In this document: piece by piece, positions 51,541 through 64,000 of the stretch
How positions within the stretch are numbered: position 1 is the first letter of the stretch
Layout of the letters: each line of letters opens with the position of its first letter
Source of the DNA: Octopus bimaculoides
Lineage: Eukaryota
DNA length: 64,000 bases
Direction of reading: 5' to 3'
Assembly: GCF_001194135.2 (NCBI RefSeq)
Contig: NC_068996.1
Span: forward strand, 23,711,692-23,775,691
Notes under the pieces: model-generated
The model's input: the letters and a program-made list of their open reading frames with translations, nothing else
What the model was told of the DNA's origin: nothing
The model's database searches: none
Made by a program: the position numbers and the translations under genes

Positions 51541-51752
51541 GTGAGATAACCACATACAAAAGTGAGTTAATCACCACCTGCAACTGTGAGATATCCATAT
51601 GGCAGAAAATAGTACATGGCTGAGATAGTCACATGTCAAGGTGAGATAATCCTACATGCCAATATAAGATAATCACACACCAAGATGAAATAAATGCATA
51701 TCAGTGATATCTTATGGCTGAGGTAACCACATGCCAAGGGGAGATAATCGCT
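51541..51752 (+). repeat. Degenerate ~21-nt tandem array (consensus about GTGAGATAATCACATGCCAAG)
   Basis: About ten imperfect units read by eye, e.g. GTGAGATAACCACATACAAAA, CTGAGATAGTCACATGTCAAG, GTGAGATAATCCTACATGCCAAT, CTGAGGTAACCACATGCCAAG. Confidence 0.75.
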
Positions 51753-52779
51753 AAATTTTATTCATTTCGTGAAACTTTTTTTTTAATGTCTGTCTTGAGC
51801 CTATACACCCATTATTACTCTGATTTTCATGGCATTTAAGAAGCTACCAAGAGTATAGGACCCCTCCTCTCCCACACACTGAATGGAATATTAGTCCACT
51901 GCAAGTTTAACCTACTTCCTGGCTGCTGCTGCAACTACTCACTTTCAATTGAATGGACTGAAACCAATGTAAAATGAAGACCCTTGCTCAAAGACATTAT
52001 ATTTCCCAGTCCAAAAATTGAAGCCAGGACCTAACATTTGTGAGCCCAACAATGAAATCACTTACCCAAATGCCTTTCACTTAACAAGACTAAGATTTAG
52101 TAAATTTTTTGACATTGCTTAGAGTCTCTAATCACTTCGTTACAATCCTATTTCTCATAAAATGGAAAACTATCTTTCAAAAAGTTTCTTAGTTTTATGA
52201 GAAAATACCAATAATTTTCCATCCATCCATCTTTTCTGTCTATTCTTGAGAAGGTCATGTAGGTACAGTCCTCAAGCACCTCCTCCATAGGGCCATAATG
52301 TGCTATCTGATATAATGATCATTACACTTTCCATCTGGATTCCAAAGCAAAACAAACTGAGACTATGGATATTATCTAACCATTTTATTTTTGGCCTATC
52401 CTTAGGTCTTCAGTCAGTTGGCTTGACTTGAAGAATCCATCTTGCAATTCTTTCCTGCGACATCCTAATCACATGTCTGTAGTACCAGGGTTGTAACTTC
52501 TCAATGCAGAGAAGTAGCTGATTGACCTGGAGGGACTCCCTGATCTCTAAGCTGTACACCCTGTTGAGTAATATTACTCAATAATCCATCAGAGGAACCC
52601 CATTTTGGCCACTTGTATTTAGACTGCACTCTTTCAGTCATTACCCAACATTTATGACTGTAAGTGAGGATAGGCAGGATGACTAAATTAAATTAATTAT
52701 ATAATTATATAATCAACAAATTACTTAATTCTCAAAATACTTTTGTCTATCAAAAATTAAGAACAAAAGTAAATCTTAA

Positions 52780-52993
52780 CCCATTAGCATTTAATCTGGC
52801 CATATCTGGCCAAAATATTCTACTCGCTTTATGTTCAAATTGGCCACATCTGACATCTCACACCTACCCTACAATGATATTTTGAACATAAACAATCACA
52901 TTATTGAAATCTCAAGGCTACAAGATAATCCAGAATAAATTCAAAATAATGTGAATATATTATATTTGACAGTATAATCTGAACGCTAAAGGG
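52780..52993. mobile_element. piggyBac-type MITE
   Basis: TTAA|CCCATTAGCATT ... AACGCTAAAGGG|TTAA. Confidence 0.8.
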
Positions 52994-53825
52994 TTAAAAT
53001 GGATGATTGATTTCATTTTTCAAACCCTTTGCAAATGAAGTGTATTTTCTTCCATTAGCTACAAGTTTTAGAATATGAAATAGGATTTTATGTTTCAAAT
53101 TGAACATCCCTTGTATGAGCTCACTAGTCAGGGAAGGACTGCAATGGATATAGTCTCAGACTCACTTAACTGGAATAAATACTAATTTCTCATAGAAACA
53201 AGATCTTTACAGGAATGGTACAGTTGATTCTGTTGATCTGTTGAAAAAAATAACTGCTAAATCTCCCTTAAATCATACATGACCTTCTTTTAAACAAGGA
53301 AAAATACTAGATTATCTAGTCCCATATGTCCCTACAAATACAGGCTGGTTATATGGCTGGATTGCTTTTGATCATAGGTTTGCACAGTTGGAGCTGACCT
53401 GGAACTAAACAACAATAACAGCAACTACATCAATTGCAATTGTGAAAAAGCAAAACTGACCAGGGTGCAGATTGTACTCAGAATATAAATTGACGAAACT
53501 GTATACTTTTGTAAAACGTTATTATTTTTTTTACTCTCTCAGTTCATGTATTAATCGTTCTCGGACTAAATAATTATAACTATATACAAAAAAGTCAAGA
53601 TTTTGTTGCTTAACTTTATTGGTTTACGAATGACTCATAAACAGATTCATATACAATGAGAGAAGGTAGTAAATTCTTCCTGGAACTTCTTTTTTTTATA
53701 TGTAATTTGTTTGTATTTATTGGAGCAGCTTTTACTTTCAGGGAGCCCTTCAAATTCAAATACATTCCATATTTCATAAAAGTCCTACATTAAAATTATT
53801 ATATAGCTATCTATATATCATAGTT

Positions 53826-53900
53826 AATGTATATACACTGTTCATAGGCCAGTTACTGCAGTTTTCCTCGAAGATAAAATCTCTTATTGTCTACTTCTAA

Positions 53901-53948
<48 letters not shown>

Positions 53949-54045
53949 TGTCTCCTTCCAATGCACATTGTGTTTTTAAACAGAGCACATCTATAAGAGA
54001 TTTTATCTTGGAGGAAAACTGGCCTATGAACAGTGTATATACATT
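53826..54045. mobile_element. MITE with ~53-bp inverted termini around a (CA)n core
   Basis: AATGTATATACACTGTTCATAGGCCAGTT[9-nt insert]TTCCTCGAAGATAAAATCTCTTAT is inverted at ATAAGAGATTTTATCTTGGAGGAAAACTGGCCTATGAACAGTGTATATACATT. Confidence 0.8.
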
Positions 54046-54638
54046 TCTTTTCTTTCACCCTTTCAAAGCCTAGCCAGGCTCATGGACTCAGTTTCCCGGT
54101 TTCTATGGCATATGTGTTCCCCCCACCTGGACGGGATGCCAGTCCATCGTAGCTTTTTACTCAAGAAACAGGAAGAAAGAGTGAGAGAAAGTTGCGGTGG
54201 AAGAGTACAGCAGGGTTCGCCACCATCCCCTGCCGGAGCCTTGTAGAGCTTTAGGTGTTTTCACTCAATAAACACTCACAATGCCCGGTCTGGGAATCGA
54301 AACCGCGAGTCCGCTGTCCTAACCACCGGGCCATTGCACCTCCACATTACATTAACTATGATATATAGATGGCTATATAATAATTTAGGGCACATGGCCT
54401 AGTGGTTAGGGTGTTGCACTCATGATCTAGCGATTAATCTCACATTGCTCTGTGATCACTTCGACACCTTGACACATGGCAAACTGTGTACCTGTTCTGA
54501 CAACATCGATTTGATGGAGGGAGTGTTTTCCTTGGTATAGAGTTCAGAATAATGTTCCACCCATATCCCCAACTGCTCTCTTTTGCTCTTGATGACTTCC
54601 CCTGTTCTGGATTTGAGGGGAGCTATCTTGCTCTGGGT

Positions 54639-55024
54639 GGAGGCGCAATGGCCCAGTGGTTAGGGCAGCGGACCCATGGTCATAGGATCGTGGTTTCGAT
54701 TCCCAGACCGGGCGTTGTGAGTGTTTATTGAGCAAAAACACCTAAAACTCCACAAGGCTCCGGCAGGGGATGGTGGCGAACCCTGCTGTACTCTTCCACC
54801 ACAACTTTCTCTCACTCTTACTTCCTGTTTCTGTTGTGCCTGTAATTCAAAGGGGTCAGCCTTGTCACACTGTATCATGCTGAATATTCCCGAGAACTAC
54901 GTTAAGGGTACACGTGTCTGTGGAGTGCTCAGCCACTTGCACGTTAATTTCACGAGCAGACTGTTCCGTTGATCAGATCAACTGGAACCCTCGACGTCGT
55001 AAGCGACGGAGTGCTAACAACAAC
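54639..55024 (+). mobile_element. tRNA-derived SINE with 14-bp TSD
   Basis: ATCTTGCTCTGGGT at 54625-54638 and 55025-55038 flanks a complete copy. Confidence 0.92.
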
Positions 55025-55164
55025 ATCTTGCTCTGGGTTGGGTCAATGGGTTTCTTGATGTCCTCATGCATTCTGCAAGTGTTGCCTGTATCAAACAACA
55101 GTTGGGTATCTACACACAGTTGTAACTGGTAGATAGCTATATATAGTTGTAACCAGGGTGCACC

Positions 55165-55870
55165 AGGTACTTGTCAGAGAAATGTTGTTCACAGATGATG
55201 TAGCATGACAGTGCACTCTGAGGAGCAAATGCAGCACCTTGTGGACAAACTCTCAAAGGCCTGTCAGGAATTCAGTCTGAAGAAGACCAAAATACTGGGC
55301 AAGGTACCAAGCACCCCACCACCATCATCACCATCAGCAGCTACAAGCTGGAGGTAATCCATGAGTTCACCTATCTTAACTCTACCATTACTGATGACCT
55401 CTCCCTGGATCCTGAAATCAACAGGTGAATTTGACAAGCATCCTCCACGTTTGCCAGGCTCACGAAGAGAGTCTGGGGAAACAGAAAACTGGATGCATAC
55501 ACCAATATTGCTGTCTATAAGGTGTGCATCCTTAATACGATACTTTATGGCAGTGAGCTGCAGAGCCTCTGCTCTAGACAGGAGCAGCGTCTCAACGTTT
55601 TGTACCTTCATAATTAGAGATGCATCTTGGATATCAGATGGACCAACCACATCACCAACACTGACGTCCTCAGCTGCGCCAAGATACCCAGTTCAAGCAG
55701 CGCTATCTGCACTGGCTCGGTCATGTACATCATACAGTGGATGAGAAGATCCCAAAAGACCACCTGTATGGGGAATTGGCCACCAGCTCAAGAGCAAGAC
55801 AACAGCCTCATCTTCATTTCAAGGACGTCTGCAGGAGAGATATAAAGTCACTTGGTCTGGATGTCCAGAG
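55165..55870 (+). mobile_element. RTE (BovB-like) LINE fragment
   Basis: VLVREMLFTDD...; IPKDHLYGELATSSRARQQPHLHFKDVCRRDIK matches the RTE C-terminal motif LYGEL..G.R..G.P.LR.KD. Confidence 0.85.
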
Positions 55871-57919
55871 GTGTCAAGTGGTGGTGGGGACAAACACATA
55901 CACAAAGACACACACACACAAAGACACACACACAAAGACACACACACACAAAGACACACACACATACGATGGGCTGTCTACCAAATCCACTCACAAGGCC
56001 TTGGTCAGCCTGAAGGTAAAGTAAAAGACACTTGTCTAAGGTGCCACACAGTGGGACTGAACCCAAAACGATGTGGCTGGGAAACAAGCTTCTTACCACA
56101 CAGCCACATTATTAATCTTTTTCTTCCTCTTTCATAAATTAAGTTTCATAAGAAATTAAACAAATCATAAAAGTATCCTTGAAAGGTTTGGCAGTACTAA
56201 ACCCAACAGACACTGCAAAGAAAGTTTGAGAAATCTCTTCTTAATCAAATCCTTGTTTGAACCAAATTTCTCAACAATATTTTATTCAGAGGTAATTTTT
56301 TTTCTTGTAGAGTCTCCTTAATACCTTCTGATGCCAAGACTATGAATATGCCATGTGTTGTCATTATCATCATCATCATCATCATCATCATCATTGTTTT
56401 AATGTCTACTGTTCCATTCTTGCATGGGTTAGATGAGAGTAATGGGTAAAGACCTCCTTTGGTCATGAATAACCATGGGATTGCACCTAGAAAGTTTCCA
56501 TTTAAGGCACAAGTCTGGGCAAGGTTGTTTATGGAAGACCAGCAGTTGCCCATGCATACCATCCTCCTCTCTTCCTTATCCAAGGAAAAGGAAATGACAT
56601 ACAGCTTGGCACCAGTGATGTTGCAACTCGTTTCTACAACTGAACGGGCTGGAGCAATGTGAAATAAAGTGTCTTGCTCAAGAATGCCACATACAACCCA
56701 GTCCAAGAATCAAACCCACTACCTCATGATTGTGAGCCTAATGCTCTAACCACTGAGCCATGCACCTTCACAGATGAGTGTATATGTACGTGATGAAATT
56801 CAGATTACTCTGTCAAATTTAATGTTTATTTATTCACATCATTTTGAATTAATCATGCATTATCTTGTAACTTCAAGATTTCTATCATGTAGTTATTTGT
56901 TTTTAGAATGACATTGTAGGGTAGGTGAGAGAGGCCATATCTGGCTAGTTTTGAACATAAAACAAGTAGAATATTTTGGTTGGATATGGCTTTTTTGAAT
57001 GCTAGAGGGTTAAACAAACACACTAAAAAAAAATATAAAAATGTAAAAATACAATGGCATAAAACACTTTGTAACACAGTTTTTGTCCTTGGGTAGCAAC
57101 TGTTATTTTCTGTTTGCTTACACCTAGAAAGTATGAAAAATGGCTAATATTTCCTTCAAACTTTGCTTTTGTTACATTATTCAAACCTCAAAGAATTCCT
57201 CTCAACACATGGCTATGATGCTCCCCCATTACTCCTGCTCATTATCAGAAATGCACACATAGTCAGTCACTAAGGGACATGCTCAACTGGTTAAGGTCAA
57301 ACAACTGGCAAGCAAATCTGTGGTATTAAGCAGAATATTTGTTCTAATGATATTTCTGCTTCAGCAACTCAGTGCTGAATCTGTCTGAAATGTAATGGAA
57401 GATAGGTCAGTTTCAAAACAGTGACGTCCAGGTTACAAAAGCAAAGTTTGAAGGGAATAGTAGTCATTTCCTTTGATTTCTAGAGAGAAGCAAATAGGAA
57501 ATAACACTTACTGACCAAAGACAAAAATAAAAAATTGAAATTTTGTTACACAGTTCATTTATTGCGTTTTTTTTTGCAAAACCTATAGTCATCTCAGAAA
57601 ACACTGTATTAGAATTTTTAATAGTTCTTTACTATTCTCTCTCTTTCTTTCCTTCCCCCTCTCTCTCTTTATCTTTCTCTTTCTTATTCAATCTTATTGT
57701 TTTTTAGCATCTGATGCTATCTTAATGAAACTTTCATAAGAATCCTTACATAAATACTTCTTCAACTTAACGTTGGTAATGAAAACATACAAACAAAGCA
57801 ATCAAATGAATATTGAAATGCTACTGCTGGTGATGCTGTCATTATTGCCTATCATGGTCACATTATTTATGATGTTGATGAGGTTGAGGATAAAAGTTAA
57901 CAAATTAATTTTGTTTTAA

Positions 57920-59578
57920 TGGATCTAGATGCTGCGAGCATTTCAAAAATTAAAGTTCATTTGAAAATTTTAAAATTTGGCACAATAATATACTTTTCCA
58001 AGCTGAATTGCTGGAGTTATTTATTCCACTTTTTCCAGAAAATTGTTTTTAAAAAGTTATAGAGGTTTAAAGTTAGATCATTTTCAACCAGTCAGGAAAC
58101 AAGATTTGGAAGCTGTCGTTTTGTGCGTGACTGCACATTTTGTCGTCAATATCCTGAAAATAGCACGTTTCGTCAAAATTTGTAAACAACACGTGTTTTG
58201 TTGATTGAAGCATTCAATATGCATTTAATGCGATAGCATGAACTTAGAAGATTTATCCAAAGAAACATAATTTAACTGTTATTTTTAGCACACCTCACAA
58301 CCACCTCAATGACAAAAAGAAATGAGTAAACAAGCACTTTTAAGCATTCAATATGCATTTAATGCAAATGTGATGAACAACATGTTACATGCGATAAACG
58401 CATTACAATTTTTCTCCACAAATGGTTTCAATACAGTTTTAACAGAAAGAATTAGATGAAAGTTCTCCAATAATTTTCATTCATGTAAATAAATGTTTAT
58501 CATCATCATCATCATCATCATCATTTAACGTCCGCTTTCCATGCTAGCATGGGTTGGACGATTTGACTGAGGACTGGTGAAACCGGATGGCAACACCAGG
58601 CTCCAATCTAATTTGGCAGAGTTTCTACAGCTGGATGCCCTTCCTAACGCCAACCACTCAGAGAGTTTATGTTAATTTAAAAATTTCCCAGCAAAATTTG
58701 TAAAAATGACAATGTTCTAAAAGATGTACACGTTTATATGTTATATATGAAAATAAAAAGTGTAAACAAAATATGCTTAAAAAACAAACATTTAAGCATG
58801 CAATAAGTAATACATTACAAAATATTTTTAGAATTAAAAAAGAAACTTAAAAATATATTCAATCAATTTCTCAAACAAATCCCAATTTTCGTATCTCCTG
58901 CGTCACATAAATTCACAGGGATATGAATCTACCATAGAACAGTGAGTGCCTCAGCATCATTTATTACCTTGCTTCACAGAGGCCCACGTACTCTCCACTT
59001 GTTAAGTGTGGGTACCATCTTTCGGGTTAACAAAAAAAGAAAGAGTAAACAACATGTCTTTTGTAGTTTTAAGCATTCAATATGCATCTAAAGCGATAGC
59101 ACGAACTCAAAAGATTTATCTAAAGACAAAATAGTATATTACAAATTAAATATTTTAAAAAAACAAACATTTTGTTGACCAGTTCATTGAAAACGAAAGT
59201 TAAAAATGCATTCAATCAATTTCTCGAACAAATCACAATTTTCATGTCTCCTGTGCTACATAAATACACATACTGAATTGTCATCAGGTAGGTAAAACAA
59301 GTAGTTTCAATGTATTTGTCAACACATGCTTTCTCACAGACAAAAGATTCCTCATGTTCTGCTTGTTACTATGGAAACAGGCATGAATGTGTCTGTGGCT
59401 TACGATTGGCTAAAATGACCAAAATTTCCAAACTTTAAGTGCTAATAACTCTTTATTTATTGATTTACAGTGAAAATGATTTTCACATCATTCATTAGCC
59501 TATAAAAGTGTATCATTACACTGAATATGAAATCAATTCGAACAGAATTGATGCTGGCAACCAAAGCAACTAGATCCA
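57920..59578. mobile_element. Kolobok-like non-autonomous DNA element with internal duplications and a nested SINE
   Basis: TTAA|TGGATCTAGATGC ... GCAACTAGATCCA ends, an inner inverted AAGTTATAGAGGTTTAAAGTT / AACTTTAAGTGCTAATAACT, and a nested repeat at 58499-58665. The superfamily assignment is inference. Confidence 0.55.
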
Positions 59579-59943
59579 TTTTAATTTATAATTGCATTGT
59601 TGATCAACAGGCAGGAGCCAAGCTAATTCTAATTCTTTATGTTGTCACAATACCCATCTAAGCAAGAAAAAATTTTTTTGTTTTAAATATGACTTTGAAA
59701 TTTGTTGTGATGGTGACTATGAGGGATTAGCAGATGTAAGATGGAATCGTTCATAGTACTTCCATGTTTGAGAGTGTAGTACTTCCACATTTGATAATGG
59801 CTTGTGATATTTCCACAACTGCAGGTTTACATGTAGCATTTCCACAATGAAATCTCATTTGTAGTGTTTCCACAATTAGAATTTGAAGCATTTACATGAT
59901 TTCAGCTTGTCTGAAGTGTTTCACAACTGAAGCCTTTTGTTAA

Positions 59944-60164
59944 CCCCTTTGATACCAACCCGGCTAAAACCGGCTCTGGCTCTGAGTACAAATGTCTTGT
60001 TTCCATAAGTTTTGAATTAAAATCTTCCACCAAACCTTAGTCACAATTTAGGTTCCTAACTCTAGCTTAATGATAACTAAGTTATTTTGCCAAATTTTTT
60101 GTTACATTTAAAATTAATTGAAAGAAACACAGAGCAGCTCAAGATAAATACAGTAATGAAAGGG
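59944..60164. mobile_element. piggyBac-type MITE
   Basis: TTAA|CCCCTTTGATACC ... GTAATGAAAGGG|TTAA. Confidence 0.75.
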
Positions 60165-60599
60165 TTAAACTTCTATAATCAAATCATGTTTGTACTATTC
60201 TCACAGTTGAAACTTGTTATACACATGTGTTATAGCTGGCTTAAAGTATAGCCACACATGGTTGCTATTCTTTTATTCTTTTACTTGTTTCAGTCATTTG
60301 ACTGTGGCCAAGCTGGAGCACTGCCTTTTAATCAAACAATTCGACCCCAGGACTTATTCTTTGTAAGTCTAGTACTTATTCTATCAGACACTTTTGCTGA
60401 ACTGCTAAATTTCAAGGATGTAAACACACCAACATTGGTTGTCAAGCGATGGTGGGGGAACAGACACAGACGCATATATATATATATATATATATATACA
60501 TGACAGGCTTCTTTCAGTTTCTGTCTACCAAGTCCACTCACAAGGCTTTGGTTGGCCCAAGGCTATAGTAGACACCTGTCCAATGTGCCACTAGAAGTA

Positions 60600-62090
60600 G
60601 TTGCTAGTTGTCGTTATCTAGGTGTCCTAATTAGCTGTGGAGGTGAATGTACCAAAAATATAACAGCCACTGTATGAATGGAATAGAAAAGTTCAGAGAA
60701 TTTTGATTTCTGCTGGTAACAAAGAGTTTTCTCTCAGAGTGAGGAGTAGGTTATATGATGCTTGTGTATGAAGTATAATACTAAGATATGAGCCTTTCAT
60801 GCAGAGTCTTTGCAAAAGCTAGAAAGAAATGAGGCAAATATTCTCCTCTGGATGTGCAATATTAGTATGCATGAATAATGGATAGCAGTGAGATGGATAA
60901 TGGTAAGAAATTTGGAAATATGGATGTTGGTAATGAGTTATAGGGGAAGGAGTAATGAAAGAGAAACATATTGTCAAAATTATTTAAGTGCTTATGATTA
61001 ATGCACATGTTGTTTGGGCAAGGATCTGTAAGTATCTGGTGTCTAATTGCAGTGATTTGAGAATATGCTAATAGATTTGTGATGTGTCAAAAACAGAAGT
61101 AAATGTTTTGCAAGTGTATAGGTTCTATGCACAAATTTACTGTGCAAATAGAAACACTGGCCTGGAAGATTGTATTGTAGTCATCTCATTGAAGGAGATA
61201 TTTTCCAATTTGCTGTAAGTGTGACTTTAAGAAAAAGTTTTTTTTATAATTGCAATCCATCATTCAGGCATACGGACAAAAGAAATAACATAAAATTTGT
61301 GAACCACATCTGGAAATTGAAAGCAACACTACTTACAGCATCAGGAGAGATCAAAGCCACATGTGAATGTATCAAAGAAATGTAAATTCCAGGTGACAGA
61401 AAGAATACACATCCAGCTAAAATCAAAGAGCCACAACAGATATTCCAGAAATTCCAGATCTGAAATTTTCCCTGGATATATTCATTGAAACAAGTTTATT
61501 TTATCAAACTGGAAAATATCTCCTTTAAGATGATCACACGATGATCCAGTTGTGCAATGCTCAACCATTATCCTCTATATACATCAACTGACTGTGCTCA
61601 CACTACTTCCTCTCTTACATACTATATATGATCCTTCATGTATCAAGTTTATCTCTCAGCTCATTTGTATTCTGTTGCTCATGCACACTAACATTATACA
61701 TCAAGAAGATCATATGAGCCTCTTTATTTCTTGCCTTTACACATCTTCCATTCTTAATATCCATAGGCATCATTATATTTCACACATAGACATCATACAA
61801 TTTGCCCTTCATTGAGAGAAGCAATCCTCCTATAGCCTGGAAAAATAATAGCTCTCTGAACTTTTTTTCATCTTGTTCTTATTCTGGCTACTTTAGTTTT
61901 GGAATACCCACAGCCACTGTTAATTAGGTCACCTTGGTAACAAAAATTATCAACTACTTCTAGGAAATCTGAGCATTTGAAATAATTTGTTCCATGAGTG
62001 CTCTTCCTGCTAACTACTCCTGAATATTTGTTGTTTAGAAAAACTTTCTTCTCTTTTAGCCTGCTTGTTATCTTATGGAATCTCTTATGC
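60600..62090. mobile_element. Old RTE LINE fragments (about 60600-60870 on +, about 61520-62090 on -)
   Basis: Similar to the 29940-30250 region (TTATCTAGGTG.CC.AATTAGC, TTCTCTCAGAGTGA.., AATGAGGCAA). Confidence 0.55.
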
Positions 62091-62277
62091 TCCTACTGAT
62101 TACATTTGCTATGTTATTCATTTAATGTTTTTCCATGCCAATACAACTTGGACATGAATTGATTTTCAGGCATGTATTTACTGGTTGATACCCCACCTTT
62201 TGCTAATCTTTACTTGCTTTTCTTGAAATACCACCATCAGCATTGATTCGTTTAAGCAATGACAAGCAAAATATCAA

Positions 62278-62328
<51 letters not shown>

Positions 62329-63445
62329 GATGGGCTTAATATGATTTCTGTTTACCAAATCCACTCACAAGGCATTGGCCAGCCTGGGACTAAAATACAA
62401 AACGTGTAGTGCCATGTAGAGGGAACCATAAACCTCACAATAGAAAAGTACTATTCTGTATTCTTAACCACACAAGCCATATTGTGCTTAGATATGGTAC
62501 AAAATTCCTTCCTCTTTTTCTGCATATACAAGCCCCCCCCCCCTCCTTCCAAATGGCAGTAGAAACCTGTTATTCTTCTCTGCTAACTAAAACAATTTTT
62601 TTCTGCAAAATTTCCTCCCAGTTTTTCTAATCTTTGCTTTCACATTTGGGATTTCTTCCCCAGTTTTTTGATTGATTACCAATTTAGCTTTGAAAACTAT
62701 GTCATAGATATACAAGGTAACCAATCCATAGTGATTCAATGTCGATTAATTGTATCCTTCAAGGCTTCCAACATTATATGCAGACATTCTAGAAAACACT
62801 TGAAGAGAATGGTAAATGAACTACTGGTGCTAAGTAAACAGGTCATGATAAGAATGTTCCATTAATCTCTGGAATTTGCTGCAATGAATTGTCTTGGGCA
62901 AAGGAAAGAATTTTGTTTCTGAATAAATAACATTTTTTTTTTGTTTCAGAAATAAATAGGACAAGAAATATAATTTAAATTGAAATAATGTAAATAAATA
63001 AAATATTTTCAAAGAATTAATTGGATTGTTACTTTTATTATTGACTTAACAAATATAAGCATAGATACACTGAAGTATAAGTGTATGTATACACATTTAC
63101 ATAGATATATGTATGTAATATATACATTTCTTTAGAATACACCATCATCCACATCATTGTTTTAATGTCTAATTTTCCATGAAATTTGTTGAAGCAGATC
63201 TATGGTTGGATGCCCTTCTTGTCTCCAAGTCATTTCCCCATGACCACACAAGTTTCCATGGAAGATTGGAAACAAAGGGTACCACTTACATGAAAGTGAT
63301 ACTTGTTTACAATTATTACATGATGTCAAGAAAGGAGACTGTAACACACACACATACACACACACAAACACAAGCATGGAGACACTCACACATAATTAAA
63401 ATATGTTTGTAACATATTTCAACTTCTAAAGTCAATTTCACTGCA

Positions 63446-63710
63446 GTTACCATGGAGAAAAAAATTCTCTCTTATGGTAAAAAGTGTTGACCTGGAGGTC
63501 TAATAGTGCAACTCAGTCAATGTTGTTGACTGTGTTTTAGTTAAAACTACAGTTTTAAATCTACCTAGAATTACCTCTCCTCAGTATTTCAACTTGATAA
63601 TGGCCAAAAATCTAGAAACACTGTGACTAGGAATCCAACAAGGGACAACTGGGCAGATATGGTGTTTTTGCAGCTTTTACCATATGAGAGAATTTTTTCT
63701 CCTTGATAAC
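63446..63710. mobile_element. MITE-like element with ~38-bp inverted termini
   Basis: GTTACCATGGAGAAAAAAATTCTCTCTTATGGTAAAAAG pairs with CTTTTACCATATGAGAGAATTTTTTCTCCTTGATAAC. Confidence 0.7.
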
Positions 63711-63796
63711 TCCATTGAAGTTCAACTGTGTCACAAACATATTTTAACTATCCTAAATTTCGCTTACGCCTAAACACTGCTTGGTACTGATACTGC

Positions 63797-63860
<64 letters not shown>

Positions 63861-64000
63861 AATGTATATGACAAGTTTCTTTCAATTTGTCTCTACCAAA
63901 TATCTCACAAGGCTTCGGTCAGTACAGAACTATAGTAGAAGATACTTGTTGAAGGTGCTACACAATGGAACTGAACCCAAAACCATGTGTCTCAGAAGCA

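Noticed and set aside
51541-51752. CRISPR-like array
   Set aside because: Units are contiguous, degenerate and have no unique spacers, and the context is eukaryotic.
61337-61459. Possible 123-nt minus-strand exon (IWNFWNICCGSLILAGCVFFLSPG...; CAG/GTAAGT ends)
   Set aside because: The acceptor lacks a pyrimidine tract, there is no recognisable homology or partner exon, and it is flanked by LINE debris.

Overview
Eukaryotic, AT-rich, repeat-dense genomic scaffold with six N gaps. The SINE, microsatellite and LINE content looks like a coleoid cephalopod (Octopus-like); this is an inference from repeat style, not a database match. One protein-coding gene is supported: a + strand, multi-exon mitochondrial carrier most similar to the 2-oxodicarboxylate carrier SLC25A21/ODC (ATG 6569, stop 51367). 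Seven coding exons are visible. About 127 nt of coding sequence, one or two exons, is missing between 25385 and 35822 and probably lies in the gap at 32050-32652. Nearly all ORF-track entries are microsatellite or N-gap read-throughs, or transposon debris: Merlin/IS1595-like, mariner, maT-like Tc1/mariner, RTE and R4/Dong LINEs, tRNA-derived SINEs, hAT/piggyBac/Kolobok-like MITEs and a small Helitron. The most interesting unexplained signals are RNA-structural. Two related type I hammerhead ribozyme folds lie antisense in the gene's introns (29301-29355 with an intact core; 48220-48272 with G12A, inside a ~354-nt partial tandem unit resembling a retrozyme or Penelope-like element). There are also minimal Penelope-type hammerhead cores, a 28-bp pre-miRNA-sized hairpin, intronic inverted repeats that could be ADAR substrates, and a degenerate 21-nt repeat array just after the stop codon.
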